A DNA stretch of 64,000 bases from Lepidodermella squamata (lineage: Eukaryota > Animalia > Gastrotricha), in the NCBI GenBank assembly GCA_047495785.1, contig JBLDXI010000007.1, positions 3,472,001 through 3,536,000 of the forward strand, written 5' to 3'. The stretch's first letter is position 1. Each line of letters starts with the position of its first letter. The position numbers and the translations under genes are program-made. The notes under the pieces were generated by a model. It was given only the letters and a program-made list of their open reading frames with translations, was not told where the DNA came from and did no database searches. Positions 1 through 12,682 of this stretch are shown here, piece by piece.

Positions 1-595
1 CATTTTTTCGACTAATGACTCTTTTAAGCTCAGGGTCATCCACTCATTAATCAAGTGAGACGGAAACTGCCCGGCGCAAACTATCCCGAGTAATTTGCCA
101 ATACGGTTACCTGGCAGCGGCATGTGATCGAAAATTAGACAGCAAAAGTATGCCGCGCGTGTGTTGTGAGTTGCAGCGCGCCTGCAGTCATAAATAATAA
201 TAAAAGCATTGTTTTTGCCGTAGTATGCTTTGCGACCAAGTGCGCGGCATGCAAGGATTTTAAGACGGCGCGGTGATCGTGGAGATCGTTACTAAGCGGC
301 GCACTGATCGATAATTCATCGCTAGCCCACCACCACTACTACTACCAGCGAACAACAAGGGCGGTATTGCATGACAAAAGCAGGGCCGCGTATTTTTCTA
401 TGTATGTGTGAATATCGCGGCTGGCCACCGCCAAACAAACAAGCATACCACCATTTATAGAAAAAGACCGCCGCCTCTAAGCCGGACAACAATGTCCTCG
501 CCCACAGGAGGCTATTACGAACCGACTTATCACCCCATTGATTACGCCAGAATTTTCAAACCCCAATTCATTCAATTTTAGATTTAGTTATAGCC

Positions 596-3500
596 ATGAG
601 ATTGGATTTGATCAATTTTTTGTACGATGTGCACGAATCGTCGGACCAGTATCCGATCGAGTCGTGCGCGGAAATGCTGCACGGCTTTCGCATCATCGAC
701 GCGAATGACCTCGATGAAATTATGAAGCACGCAACGATTGTCGACCGAAAATTCGCCTTGGTTCGCGCGCTTTCGACCAAAGATGACGTTATGATTCTAG
801 TTTGGGCGAAAATCCTGGACGAAATGGGATATTCGAATCTGGGCAATCGGGCGCGGCTCAAGTACAACGAGTCTATGGAAAATGAGCCCCCGCATCCGCC
901 TAAGCGAGGGCACTCAGAAGAGCGGCCAGGCAATGACACCGGTCGAACTGATGAAGCGTCGAGAGGGAGAAATTCACTTACTGTGACCAATGCATCTATC
1001 ATTGGAGATCACATCAGTTTTATCTCTGATACTCCAGCCTCCTACAAGCAGAAGAAAATGCAGCTGTAAGTCAATATTTTCCGAATATATACTGAATTTA
1101 GAAAATAAAGTATAAAATATAATATGATTTTTTTTCCTTTTTTCCTTAAATAAAAGGATTTCCCAATATATTTTGATTTTTAATCGAATATTTTGTATCC
1201 TATTTTCTCAAGAAGAACTATCGCAAAATCAATGCTTATTCCTTGTTGTTTTTTGTAGGGTGAAGAGTCCGAAAGATTGGCGCTTAGGTGATATCCCAAA
1301 CCACATTGGCATCTACCTCGACCGAGATGAAGAATGGGACATTCGGAACGCGATCCTTCAACTTTTCAACCCCGGCGCATCCTTCCCTCGTCCTCCGCCT
1401 AACAAGCGCCCAAATCGAGCCCCGCGTGTTGTTGTCCAGCCCTCAAATAATAAGCCGACCCTTTTCCCGAAAATCTCCCAAACCCAGAATGTCAGTGTCC
1501 TCGAGGGAAGCAATACTGCTCAGTTGGTAGAGATGCCGCCTCGACCTAATTTCCACTCCGAAAAAGGAGCCAGTCGCCCTTTACTGCTGGTTATAACGGG
1601 CCAAAGAGGCATTGGCAAATCGACCATGATCGCTCACATAATATCAGACGATGTCTTTCTACAACGGCTATGCAGTGTTGGCACTGTCATCTGGCTGAAT
1701 GCTGCTTCGATCAACGATGAAGATACGTTTTTCGAGGAAATTGCCTCGAAAATCGACTTTCAACACCCTAAGGATTCTCGGCTCAAAATGCGGGATATTC
1801 TACCATCCGTCCTAGCTAATCTCAAACAAGCTGTCCTACTAGTTGTTGATGATGCGACGACGGAAAACCTCGCTTGGTTCTCCCTTCTCGGCGGAAAATC
1901 GCTACGATGTGTTTTCATCTTCAAAGGCGAGAAAGATGACGCGTTTTTGACTGAAGAACTTGGTCCACAGCTCACGAGAGAGTCGATCATAGTGGAGCAT
2001 GTCGGACGGGTCCAATATGAAGACACGATTTGGATTTTGCGTAACCATTGGAAATCCGACCTGGCAATGCCTCCTGGTCTTAATAAGGAAAGCTTCGATC
2101 GAATCGCCGAGACCTGCCACGGCCTACCTATCATGACCAATCTGATATTAGCCCTGCTCGAAGCAAGTACTTCCTCCGACCAAACTCAGTCTGTAATGAA
2201 CTGCCTGGGCCACCATTCTGACCCTTACGAAACAATGAATAACCTGGTTGAGTTGTCGTTATCTCGAGAGAACGACGACTTCAAAACTCGCATTTTCTGG
2301 ATGTTGGCTTTTGGCCAGGGCCAGGCGATTTCCGTGGACGACCTGGCCTTAGTTTGGAACTTGCCACGACACAGGGCCAAACTCTTCTGCGTCGATTTCG
2401 TCGATAAAGCGCTCATTGTTTCAGCATCTTCCCAACCCGGCCAGATCAATAAATTGCAGGACAATTGCAGTTATGTTGTTCAGAAAACGATCTACGACGC
2501 TTTGGAGGCAAATTTGCAGAAGCAACGGAGAGACACGACTGCCTCGTTCGTGAATAAGCAGCTCAATTCTGTTGAGTATCGCCATCCTAACCTAGCCCAA
2601 GCTCGACCAGGCGAGAATTTCTTCCATTTGATCACAAGAATCGGCAATATCAGGCTATTCAAAACCATTGTAGATCTCATTTCGACCAAGGATCGAACCC
2701 TTGAGATCTTATGCCGAGAAAGGGACCGGTTCCAAAATCAAACACCCCTACATTTCCTGTTCGAAAAAGCTACGCAGGAATCTTGGGAGTTGCTAGCTCA
2801 AATTTGTGAGAGATTGGTCGATACAAATGTTGCTACTTCGGTTCGAGACAAAAGAGGGCGATCTTTGGCTGAGATGTCTATAACTGAATTAGCCTCCCGA
2901 CGAGTTGGCTCTGGTCAGACCTTGCTTATGTTATCAGCCCGGCAATTGTGTTACAGCTTTGTTCGGCAACTAATCTCAGTCGTTTCGACTTACGAAAATG
3001 GCTCATTGAAGGATGACTATCTAAATGCTAAGGACGACTACGGTCGGACGGTCCTTCATCAGCAATCTGCTGAGGAAGGTGGTAGCACTGAAATGGTCAA
3101 ATGCCTACTCGATGCTGGGGCTGATATTGAAGCTGTCGATAATAAACGGCGAACTGCCCTGCATTACGTTGCTCGATTTGGATGTATCGATGTTTGTGTG
3201 GTTCTCGTCGACAGGAAATGCGTTCATTCGCCGCTCGATGATTGCGGCAAAACTCCTTTGATGTTGGCTAAAATTGCAAGGCACTATGGAATCATCCGCA
3301 TTCTTGAGGGCTATCAATACGAAATCGAAAGGGAGAAGCGAGAAGGTCCTCGTAGATTACCTACCCCCGTCCAACGAGCTCATTCTGCTGGAGTAGGGGA
3401 TACAGATGTCTTCATGCATGACGCTCAAATGCAGACGATGCCTGTCACAACTCTACCCGGTTTCGATGAGTAAGTCAAATCATTTTTATGGATTGATTGA

Positions 3501-6500
3501 AATAAATCTCGCGATTTGAAAGTTTCAAAACCTCGAACAGTTTATTAGGCGCTCGGCGTACCACAGCGGAGTAAGCTCTCATTTTAGCTCTTTCCTCATC
3601 ATTAGATTCCTCAGTTCCCCCTTCCTGTCTTCTTGTAAAATGCTTTTTGAACATATTTTGAATTTAACCTTTTCTTTATTACTTTTCAGGCCATTACCGG
3701 GGGCGAAGAAGCAGAAAGATGACGAAGAGAGTCTCTACGATGAATATGGCAGTGAGACTGGGTCCGAGTACGATCCGGACGAATTTGAGGAAGAAATCAG
3801 AGACAACAACAAGCGCGCTAAAACTCTCGTATCACGGGCTACTACCAACAAAACAAGACGTGGCCAAAGCAACAGTGGGCGGAGTCGAACGACCTTGACT
3901 AAGGGCAACAGCCTGCTCAGCATTCGAGCCGCTAAAAATGCATCGAAGTCGAATTTAAAAGAGACCCGGAGGTCTGAGACGAATCTGACAAACCTCAGCT
4001 CTCGGCAGAGTGAATCGAAATTCAACCAGAACATGCGTCGAAGCGACTTGGCTCTGGAATCAATCGCTGGAACGAGCGATGTTGGCTACGACAATGAATC
4101 GACCCTGGTACAACAGGATCATCACGACGAGAGTACTCGAAGCCGAAAGGGGCAACTTATGGTGATAGAAAAGCCTCGAAATGCGGCGAAAGATGTGAGC
4201 CCTGGGCGTACACCTCGGCCGAATGACGTCCATGGCGCGACTCCCCGGCGAGATAGCAAAGACAGAAGCCCACGACGGCTGAGTGTCAGTAACAGGACAA
4301 GCATCGATGGAACTAGTCGAGTGACAGATTCAACGGTCGATATTCGAAAAGCAGATAACTCAGACAATGTAAGTCGAGTTAGGATCAATGGCTATCACGA
4401 TGAGGAAGATGAAGAAAGAGCCAGACGGAAACAGACTAAAGACGCAAAGAGGCTGCATCAGGCTAGTAAAATCAAGATCTGCATTCGAAGAGGTGATATC
4501 CCGGAGCAAATCGTCTACCTCGAACGAAGGGATGAGGAAGAGAAACTTCGAGATGCTATCAAAGACATGTGTGTTCGCGATAAGACTGGAATAACCGTGG
4601 TAACCAGCGAAAAGGGCTGCGGCGCGTCAACGTTGGTCGGTGAGGTCGTTCTTCAGGATGAATTCATCCGAGATGTTTGCTTCGTCGATATGGTACTATG
4701 GGTTAGAATGTATAGATCTAACACAGACGCATCAGCTGTTAGTCTCTTCGAATACGAGGAAGACACCTTCTTCCGATCTTTCGCTCGTCTCCTTCAAATT
4801 CGAGAGCCCTCTGCGAATGCGATAACAACTCGAGAACAGAAGGCGTCTATCCTGGAGCGAAAGTTGCGCGAAATTTTGGCGGATCGACTTCGTCCTCTGG
4901 TGCTTGTTGTTCAGAATGTGAATCAACGTGATCATGCCTTATTAGCTGCAAGTATCGCGAAGTTACGCTGCCCTTATCTCAAGGTCATTTTCGTTTCTCA
5001 AGCTTCGATCCTCAACCTCAATAAGCATGAAAATCAACGAGTTGATGACTTTGCAATGCTTTCAAGTTTTGGTGATCATGTCGGCCTCGTCCACAGTTGT
5101 ATCCGAGTGAAGGCGCTTTCCAAAGGGAAGTTGGGCGGTCTATTCCAGGGTTTCTGGTCCAGACCCTTGCAAAGCGTGAATCCTCTCGACGCAATCCTCC
5201 TAAAAGCTGGCGGGCAAGAAAAACTCTCACTAGGCGGTGGGATGTTGGAACTGCCAACAATTGAAGACCTCGCTGAAATCTACGTCGGAAGACCTAGTTT
5301 GGTAGCCAACATCCTCTACGTTGCCCTGAAATCTTGCTACTACGAACAAGATCTACAGGAAAGCTTCTACGGCTATGTGGAAAATTTGAGGCAGAGACAG
5401 CAACTTACATCAAACCCGATGATGCCACCTAAGCTCACCCAGTCTGAATCCAGCATTCTTCAGGTCATGAAGTTCATCCTCGAAAAAGAACCTAAGAATT
5501 TCAAGCGGCGGTACTACTCGTTCCTGTTGTTCGACGATAATGACGTGAGCGCCAATTCGACCAGCCTTAACCCAATTAATGAGAATGCCTCCGTAAGAAC
5601 TGCTCCTAACGGTTCGATCGCCGAAGAAATTGCAATGGCTATTGTTTGGAACCCATATCGTAACCGGTATGATAACGACCTGCTGCTGAGAGCTTTAAGG
5701 AGGCTAGGTCTCACTCGCTACGTCGGGAAATTCAACTATGAAGTTTGTCTCCTCGTCATGCCGAACTCGCTGGTTGGTCAACTGAGCAAACCTGACTTCC
5801 AAATGCCGATGAAGGCGCTGAAACTTCTAACATCCCTTGTTAGCTTCAGATCGTGGTTTTTGACCAATAGCTTATCTACCCCTGAAACGAACGATCCCCC
5901 GTCAACTGGTAGACCTCATGCCTTGTCATCTCAGAGGACTACGACCAGGACCTTCGACCGGAATACTACAGCAGCTGAGTCGGAGAATGCTGATGGTTTT
6001 TCTAGTACTCGTTACGGCCAATCAGCTGCGTTGGAAACGTCCTCTGCCAACATGCTCTCGCGAAAGTTCAACAAGGGAAAGAAAAGAGTCGTCGTAGCTA
6101 ATGTAAGTAAAACGTTTTTTGAAGAAGGGGCTTTGATATTTTATCAAACTCTAATTTTCCACACAACTTTTAATAAAAGATCGAACCGCGTGATTTGCAA
6201 GAAAAAATGGTAAACTTTGATTTAGTAGCGCTAATATCGCATATTAGAAGGTCATTTAATCATAGATGTAATATGATTTTAATAATAGACATTAGAATCT
6301 AGAATTCTCAAATTCTTTCATTTTTTTATTTATTTTTATTTTTTTTCAGCTCAAGCCAAAGAGAATCAGCACAACGAATCGGCTGGTGAACCGGTCCAAA
6401 GAGGTCGCTGAAGAAGCTGCGCAAGCCCAGGCTGCAGCGAAAGAAGCTCAAAAGGACAAGAAGCCAGTAAATCCTTACCTTCAAAAGCAATCCGTACCAA

Positions 6501-6610
6501 TACCGAGAAAACCAGTGCCTCATATAATGTTGGAGGGAGGCAAGGAGCGTCTAACGAACCCAGTCGTAGCTGTTCTTTACTACTTTGACAAAGTCATGCA
6601 TAGCCAGTAA
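596..6610 (+). CDS. NLR/STAND-like protein: CARD-like death fold, NB-ARC (Apaf-1/CED-4 type), ankyrin repeats, disordered linker, second degenerate NB-ARC; ~1,780 aa
   Basis: Exons 596-1065, 1259-3469, 3690-6102 and 6350-6610 join in frame through GT-AG introns (CT|G, GA|G, phase 0). CARD-like helices RLDLINFL...IIDANDLDEI...DRKFALVRALSTKDD...KILDEMGYSNL. Walker A GQRGIGKST, Walker B LLVVDDA, GLP motif CHGLPI. Ankyrin repeats such as GRTVLH, RRTALHYVARFG and GKTPLMLAK. The true start may lie upstream (ATG at 492). Confidence 0.8.
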
Positions 6611-6996
6611 TGTTAGCTTTTTCAAATTGTAGAACAGCGTGATAAATCGAACAAATTGATACAAATTCCTATGAACTAAATGCAATTTCATGAGCTGCTG
6701 TTGTTGTAAACAACTCTGTTAATTGATTTTCCATCATTATAATGTTTTCCGTTCATTTCCATTTTAATCCATTCAAACAAATATTTTCGGGCGAATCCTA
6801 TTTGTTGTAATCAATCTGCTGCTCTATGAATTTATGGTAAAAATAAACGTGGAGTTTCGATAAAATTTGGTTTATTCAAAAAACGCTGCAGGTGGGTATC
6901 AATATCAAGGTAGAACGGAAAATCAGATCACGCAATACAGGTTGTGTACTGTGGTAAGGAATCATCGTAATTAGGTATTTCCAATCGAAAATGAGC

Positions 6997-9900
6997 TCAA
7001 TATTCAGTGTTAAGGTGGGCTGATAGGCCTTCAACAGACGCCGAGGTCGGGAAATACTTTTTTGACAAGCTAGACGGTGAGAAGGCATCTCGATCGCTTT
7101 CATAGGACCGACCAGATTTCGATGCGTTAGTCCTCTGAGTCGAAAACGTTGGAGACGGAGATCGCGTTTGGAAGTTGTCAACTAAACTTCCATTGGTAGG
7201 ACTCGGAAGAGGACTGCTACGATTTCCTAGGTACTTTTGGATAATATCATCAACAGCCTGTCTCTCGGCTTTAGCCTCAGTGGTCAAGTAGCTGCCAGAT
7301 GGTTGCGGGGCGGGTGACGTAGGTCGTGGTGAGGTAGTTCGGATATAGTTGCTGGCGTAATTAACAGAGGTCGTACCTTCATTCGATCGCGGCGTGGGAA
7401 TGTTGTTGCTTGAGTAATGCTGCGTTTTCATATCGTCCTGGGGAGGATCGTAGGTATAGCCATTAGCAGTAGGTCGAATATCTGAGAACGTGACCTTCCT
7501 TGCAGGGCTGGATTGTTGATTTTCCGGCGTGTTGATAGATGCTGCTCGAACATAGCTGCTGGTGGAATTGTTGGCACGCCAAGAGGTTGTTGGCACTGTG
7601 CCAGCTGATGAATCAGATAGGTAACTTGTCTTGGGAGTGTTGATGGCAGCTGTTGTGGTAGTTAGACTCGACTTGGCTGGTGAAGAAATCACCGAACTGC
7701 TAAAAAAAGATTAGAGACGTCAAATTTCAATCTAAGCGTAAATAACTGGGAAGAGAACTGAGAGATTTTAGCGACACAGAGCCTACAAAATGCTCATTCC
7801 CCGCGTAGCTCCTAGCGAGAAATTCTTCCCGCTTTTAGTTCAAGGAAAACAGAGCCAACATTTCGTTAAACGGGACTGAGAAGTCTATAAGCTTTCCCTA
7901 TCCTAGGCCTAGGTTTGCGATGTAATTTGGAATATTGCAGGCTTTAGAGCAAAAAGAAGCAAACCTTTCTGAGCGAATTGGCTTCGTATTGTTGACCGCT
8001 TGCTGTGATGTAACATTCGCAGTTAAAGTCTTGATAGGACTGTTCGCCACACTCGTCCCAATCGGCGTAGTCTTTGTCCCATTGAAGCTATAATTTGACC
8101 CATGTATCGAATAGCTCGAAACAGTGGACGAAATGGTGGAGGTAATAGGCGTTTTACTGGCTGTCACGTTTGATCCGTTGTTATACAGCTCTTTCGTAAC
8201 ATTGTCTCCCTTGCCTTCGGAATTTGTTGAATTTAAAACAGGATTGCTGTTGTATTTCGAGCCGTAGCCATTCAAATAATCGCCAGGCTTGTAACTCGAA
8301 ACAGCTTCGCTTGATTTAGCATAGCTATTTGTCACATGCTCATCCAATAGCTTCTTCTCAGCCGGCTTGCTATACGAAATCTTCACCTCTTCATTCATCG
8401 ATTGGTAAGTAAGCCCCGTCGACGGCGGAATTCGTTTGTCAGCAACCAAATAATCGATAACACGGCGATGCGACATTTTAAGCTCTTCAACTTCTTGGCG
8501 AACTGAGTTGACCGCTGAAACCACATCGGTTAAGACCCGTTTTGTCTCAAGGCATGACGAGCAGTTGACAGGACGCTGAACTCCGACGGGGAGTGACATC
8601 AATTGTCGAGCTGTAGAGCTCAACTGAAGAGCGTTTAATGGAGTAGTCGACCGGCCGTGGTCTTCGTTAGATGCTTGACTGTCCGTATCAACAGAACTCG
8701 CGTTGCTTTTCGTAGAGCCGGTCGATCCTAAAGCGGACCATGTTGTAGTACTCTTCTTCTCCAGCGGATTCGGAGCGCTCGCTGCGATGTTCGAAATAAT
8801 CGCCATAGCCAAAGTGTTAACTGCAGACTGTTGGTCGCACTTTGTTCGCGCTAGGTCTGAAACTTGTCGATTAAGCCGTTCGTTATCTTGCCGCAAAGAC
8901 CGCAGCTCAGTGAGTAGGGCTGGTGAAAAAAGAAAGAAAAATTAGCTGAATGGGTGAATTAAGGTGGAATGGCTGAATGGGTTGTTTTTCTCACCATTCA
9001 CGCCGGCGAGGTCTTCGCCTTGAAAAAGTTGGCTCTGTTGTAGCAGGCGCAGTAAATTGTGCGCGTTATTGCCATTATTAGGCCTATTGTTTGCAAGTCG
9101 CGCAGGTGGCAAAAGACTAGTGGCAAATGCGCTCGAATAAGCAGCCATTCACCTGAATTATGGCCACGCGTCAAAAATGATTTTATCATCAATGGCACGC
9201 GAGTCAAAAATTCATTACTTCGAGCGCCATTGTCCGCCGATTTCACGTAAATATTGTGTTATTTCTGAATTTTAACGGCCGTTTTGTTGAATAAATAATG
9301 ACAAACTGTGATTTATCTCGTTTGTTTTTTCGATGATTTAGGCTGTCAGACTGGTATGTTTGTACACCGGCTAGTATCAGAATAAACAAAAACAACCACT
9401 TGAGTAACGCAGCATGCTCGATTAAAGTTTCATAAACTCGGCTCGAAAACATATATAAAGAAGACTGATGCGCGTGTATTTTGGAGTGTGGGTGTCTCAA
9501 CAACACCCAAGAGGCTACGCGCATTATCGATGTGCTTATTTGTTTTTACGCGTTAGTGCACACATGAGCGAAAACGCTCTTGTATTCTGCAAGAATTTCA
9601 GAATAAAATAGTGGAATTTCAAATATCAGAACACAACCTAATTGGAAAATATAAGACCATTGAAACTGAGGAATTTAGATTTTAGATTTTTAGAATTTTA
9701 AGAAATTAAAAAAAAAATTTAAATTTCTAGATTTTTTTACTAGATTTTCACTAGATCTTCAGGTAGTGCGCAGCAATTAGAATTTTTCAAACAAGTACTC
9801 TTTCTAAAATTGAAGAAAAAATCTAATTTTTAATAACATGAGGGAAATCTTTGAGAAATTTAGAGATTTTCCTGGCGGCATCAGAAACGCATTAAAGCAC

Positions 9901-10877
9901 AGATTTCAGAATCTTTTACATCTAATTTCGATTTCTATTTTAACCCTATAGAGGTTAATTTTGAAGGTCTATTAAAATTCGATCATAATATGAATTATTT
10001 TCAAATTTTTGGAAATTTAAAAATTTAAATCCCCGTTTAACAAAAATTTGAAAAATCCAAGAATAATTATTCCGAATTGCAAGCAAAAAGAACAATTTAG
10101 GGTACTTACTTGCAACAAGTCCTGAAGTGTCGGTAGTATTCGTAGAAATAGGTGTGTTCGACGTTGTTAAATGGCTCGATACCACTCTCGAGGTAATATC
10201 ACCAGCCTTTCGATCCTCTGGTTGGGCTATAGGGGCCTTCAAACCACTGTCATTATTCGGCGTTAATTTAACCCCATTGGAGACAAAATTTGCCGTAGCT
10301 TTCCCACTAGTCTCCGTGAGGTCTAGGGAAGACCTTGGCTGAATGCTGATTGCTGATTTCACCGGTAATTTTGGAGTCTCAAGAAGCTGATTGCTGATTG
10401 GTTTACTCACGGGTTGATTCTTGCTTAATGCCGAACTGTGGTCATTGAATTTTGGCTGTTGCACCTCACTGCCGCTCAAATGACTGCTATGCACCGCTCC
10501 ATTGTCAGGCTCTCGCTGCATGAGTGCGTCGTCATCGGCGAAGGCAATGTCGTTGAGCAGTTCGGCCGACACGCGCCCGTATACGTCATCGATCGCATCG
10601 TGCACGATAGACGACGTGCCATCTGACGATGCGTTCGACGCGCTGCGTGCCAGTGGCGGGGCTCTGATCAGTAAATTGCGACTCGGCGAGGTCATAAAAC
10701 GATCGTTAACCGGCCTGCTGCTATAGCTCGACTGGTACAACGGCGTCGACTTGATATAGGAGAAAAGAGCGATAAAATTCGAAATCCCGAGTATGGAGTT
10801 AAATTTACATTTTTTAACGATAAATCGGTAATTGCGAGGCTGGATAGAAATTCTAAGGTCGGCCGGCCTGATGCCAT
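6997..10877 (-). CDS. Ser/Thr/Asn-rich, largely disordered protein with short coiled coils; function unknown; probably two alternative first exons
   Basis: ATG 10877, intron, exon ~10748-10110 (ends GCA A|gtaagt). An alternative first exon starts at ATG 9148 (ends AAT G|gtgaga). Both are phase 1 to the acceptor near 8920 (LLTELRSLRQDNERLNRQV). A phase-2 intron leads to the last exon, ending at 6997. Confidence 0.6.
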
Positions 10878-12682
10878 GGCGAGAGCGGGAAATGTGTACG
10901 CTGACTCTCCAGAGATTGAAATCGCTCACATTCAAGTGTGAAATATCGAGTTTAATTGCCTAGGGAATTGCAGCATTAATGGCTGTTCTATGTTTTGTTG
11001 CATGCATTTTTTGGTGGCTGCTGAAAATAACCAAGGAATTTCAAGCCTAAAAATGTATATGCTCCCGATTACTCTAATATTTTTGAAAGTAATTTGTCTT
11101 GGGAGTTTGATCTTAGAAAATTTTGAAGTATAATATAGGCGAAAGGAACGTGGCGTGCTTTTAGCTTGAAACGGACATTCCATGGCAAAAACTATTACTA
11201 CAGAAAAATCTATAATTAGAATCTCTAGAATCTGAAAGTGAGGGAAATGATAGCAGGGACGTTTTTCTAACAACAAACTGAAAAATTGAAATAAATTTGT
11301 TACAATTTTCCATGGCATGCCATTCGATTTTTCTCTTATATCATTTCAAATTTTGAAGATTATAAAAAATAACATTGTACAGTGTACAGGATTAAATACA
11401 CACAATTTTTATGAAAATCGTTTTGCTGATGAATTTGCAGGATACAAAAATCAATTAGCCAAAATATTCGGAAAAATTTCTAAAACTTTGTTAAGTAATT
11501 TTCGCAAGTGCCAGCAGAGTTTCAAATGTGTTGGAAGAGGATTTTCAATTTTTTGCAGTTATATAATAAATAATAAAAAATTGGCGTCACGCCGACGTAA
11601 TACGGCCGACGTAATAAAAATACCACGGAACACGGAAATGGTATCGTCATCGATTTTTCAGCCTTTCGCAAAGGTGTTCTTTATATCATTGGAATATCTA
11701 GCTTTAACGTGAGACATTTTTTCGTAACAAGCACATTTCGCTATAAAATTCCACAAAATTAATCTATAGCATTGCCCTAAAAGTAGATTTTTTTTAATTT
11801 ACGAGATTATATAGAAGCATAATTGAGTGATGATTGTAGGTGGATTGAATAAATCAGACCAGCACTAACTCTATTTGATCATTCGTTTTTAAGGGTTGGA
11901 CGATGGGCGGTGAATAATTCGTTACTCTGTATATATCTGACTAAGGTAATCTAAAACAACGATTAAGTTAGACATTGCACTAGGCCATTGGCAGCACTTA
12001 ATTATTTGATTGAATGCCACCACAGACTACACACCTGTTCGGTGTGTTGATTAAAAGCGCGGCATATATGCATTTTTGGCGCGTCCATGTTTTTCGCGAA
12101 TAATAATAATATGAAGTATTATTACTGCGCGATCAAAACAATAATGATGATTAAAAGCGCGCGTCTGCCGCGGTCAATAAATAAATAAGCCAGCATGTAA
12201 ATTTCCGTGCGCGGGTCAATGGTCGCCACGGTCCAACATCGCGATGTGGTCATCCATGTCATCGCTTTAATTCTATCAAAGCTGAACAAACCGGGCTGCA
12301 TGAGCGCGAAAAAAATGATTCTCACTGTTTCGTGCCCGATCAAGCGTGAAATCAAGACAAGAAAAAAGCTGGATATATATGTAATTAACTTTTTATGGCT
12401 GGATATTCACAGTGATGATGTGCTTATAGAACCATGTTTCGCTATTGAGAAAGATCAATACAGAAAGCGGAACCATTCAAGTGTGGCAAAAAATTCATTT
12501 TTTTCTACCGCTTCAGAAAAATATTCCTATTTTTATTAGAACGCGAAGCATCTTGGCAATATTCCCCGCTTTTATTTCAATATCAAGTCATGGTTTTTCG
12601 AAATTATTGGATCAAATGAGTATAAAAGCATTGAAAAATATTCCGAGGTAGAGTTTGAGATCGTTTTTTCGATAATCAAAAT

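Noticed and set aside
1-123. Possible first exon of a divergent minus-strand gene (ATG CCG CTG CCA G|gtaacc)
   Set aside because: Only four codons, and the rest would be outside the window; cannot be supported.
3640-6213. Independent 857-aa gene starting at ATG 3640
   Set aside because: Both ORF ends translate intron-like pyrimidine/AT-rich sequence, and splice sites join it in frame to flanking exons. Not formally excluded without cDNA.
10932-12651. Several 70-130 aa ORFs
   Set aside because: AT-rich intergenic or UTR sequence giving Phe/Ile/Lys-biased translations with no motifs or splice support.
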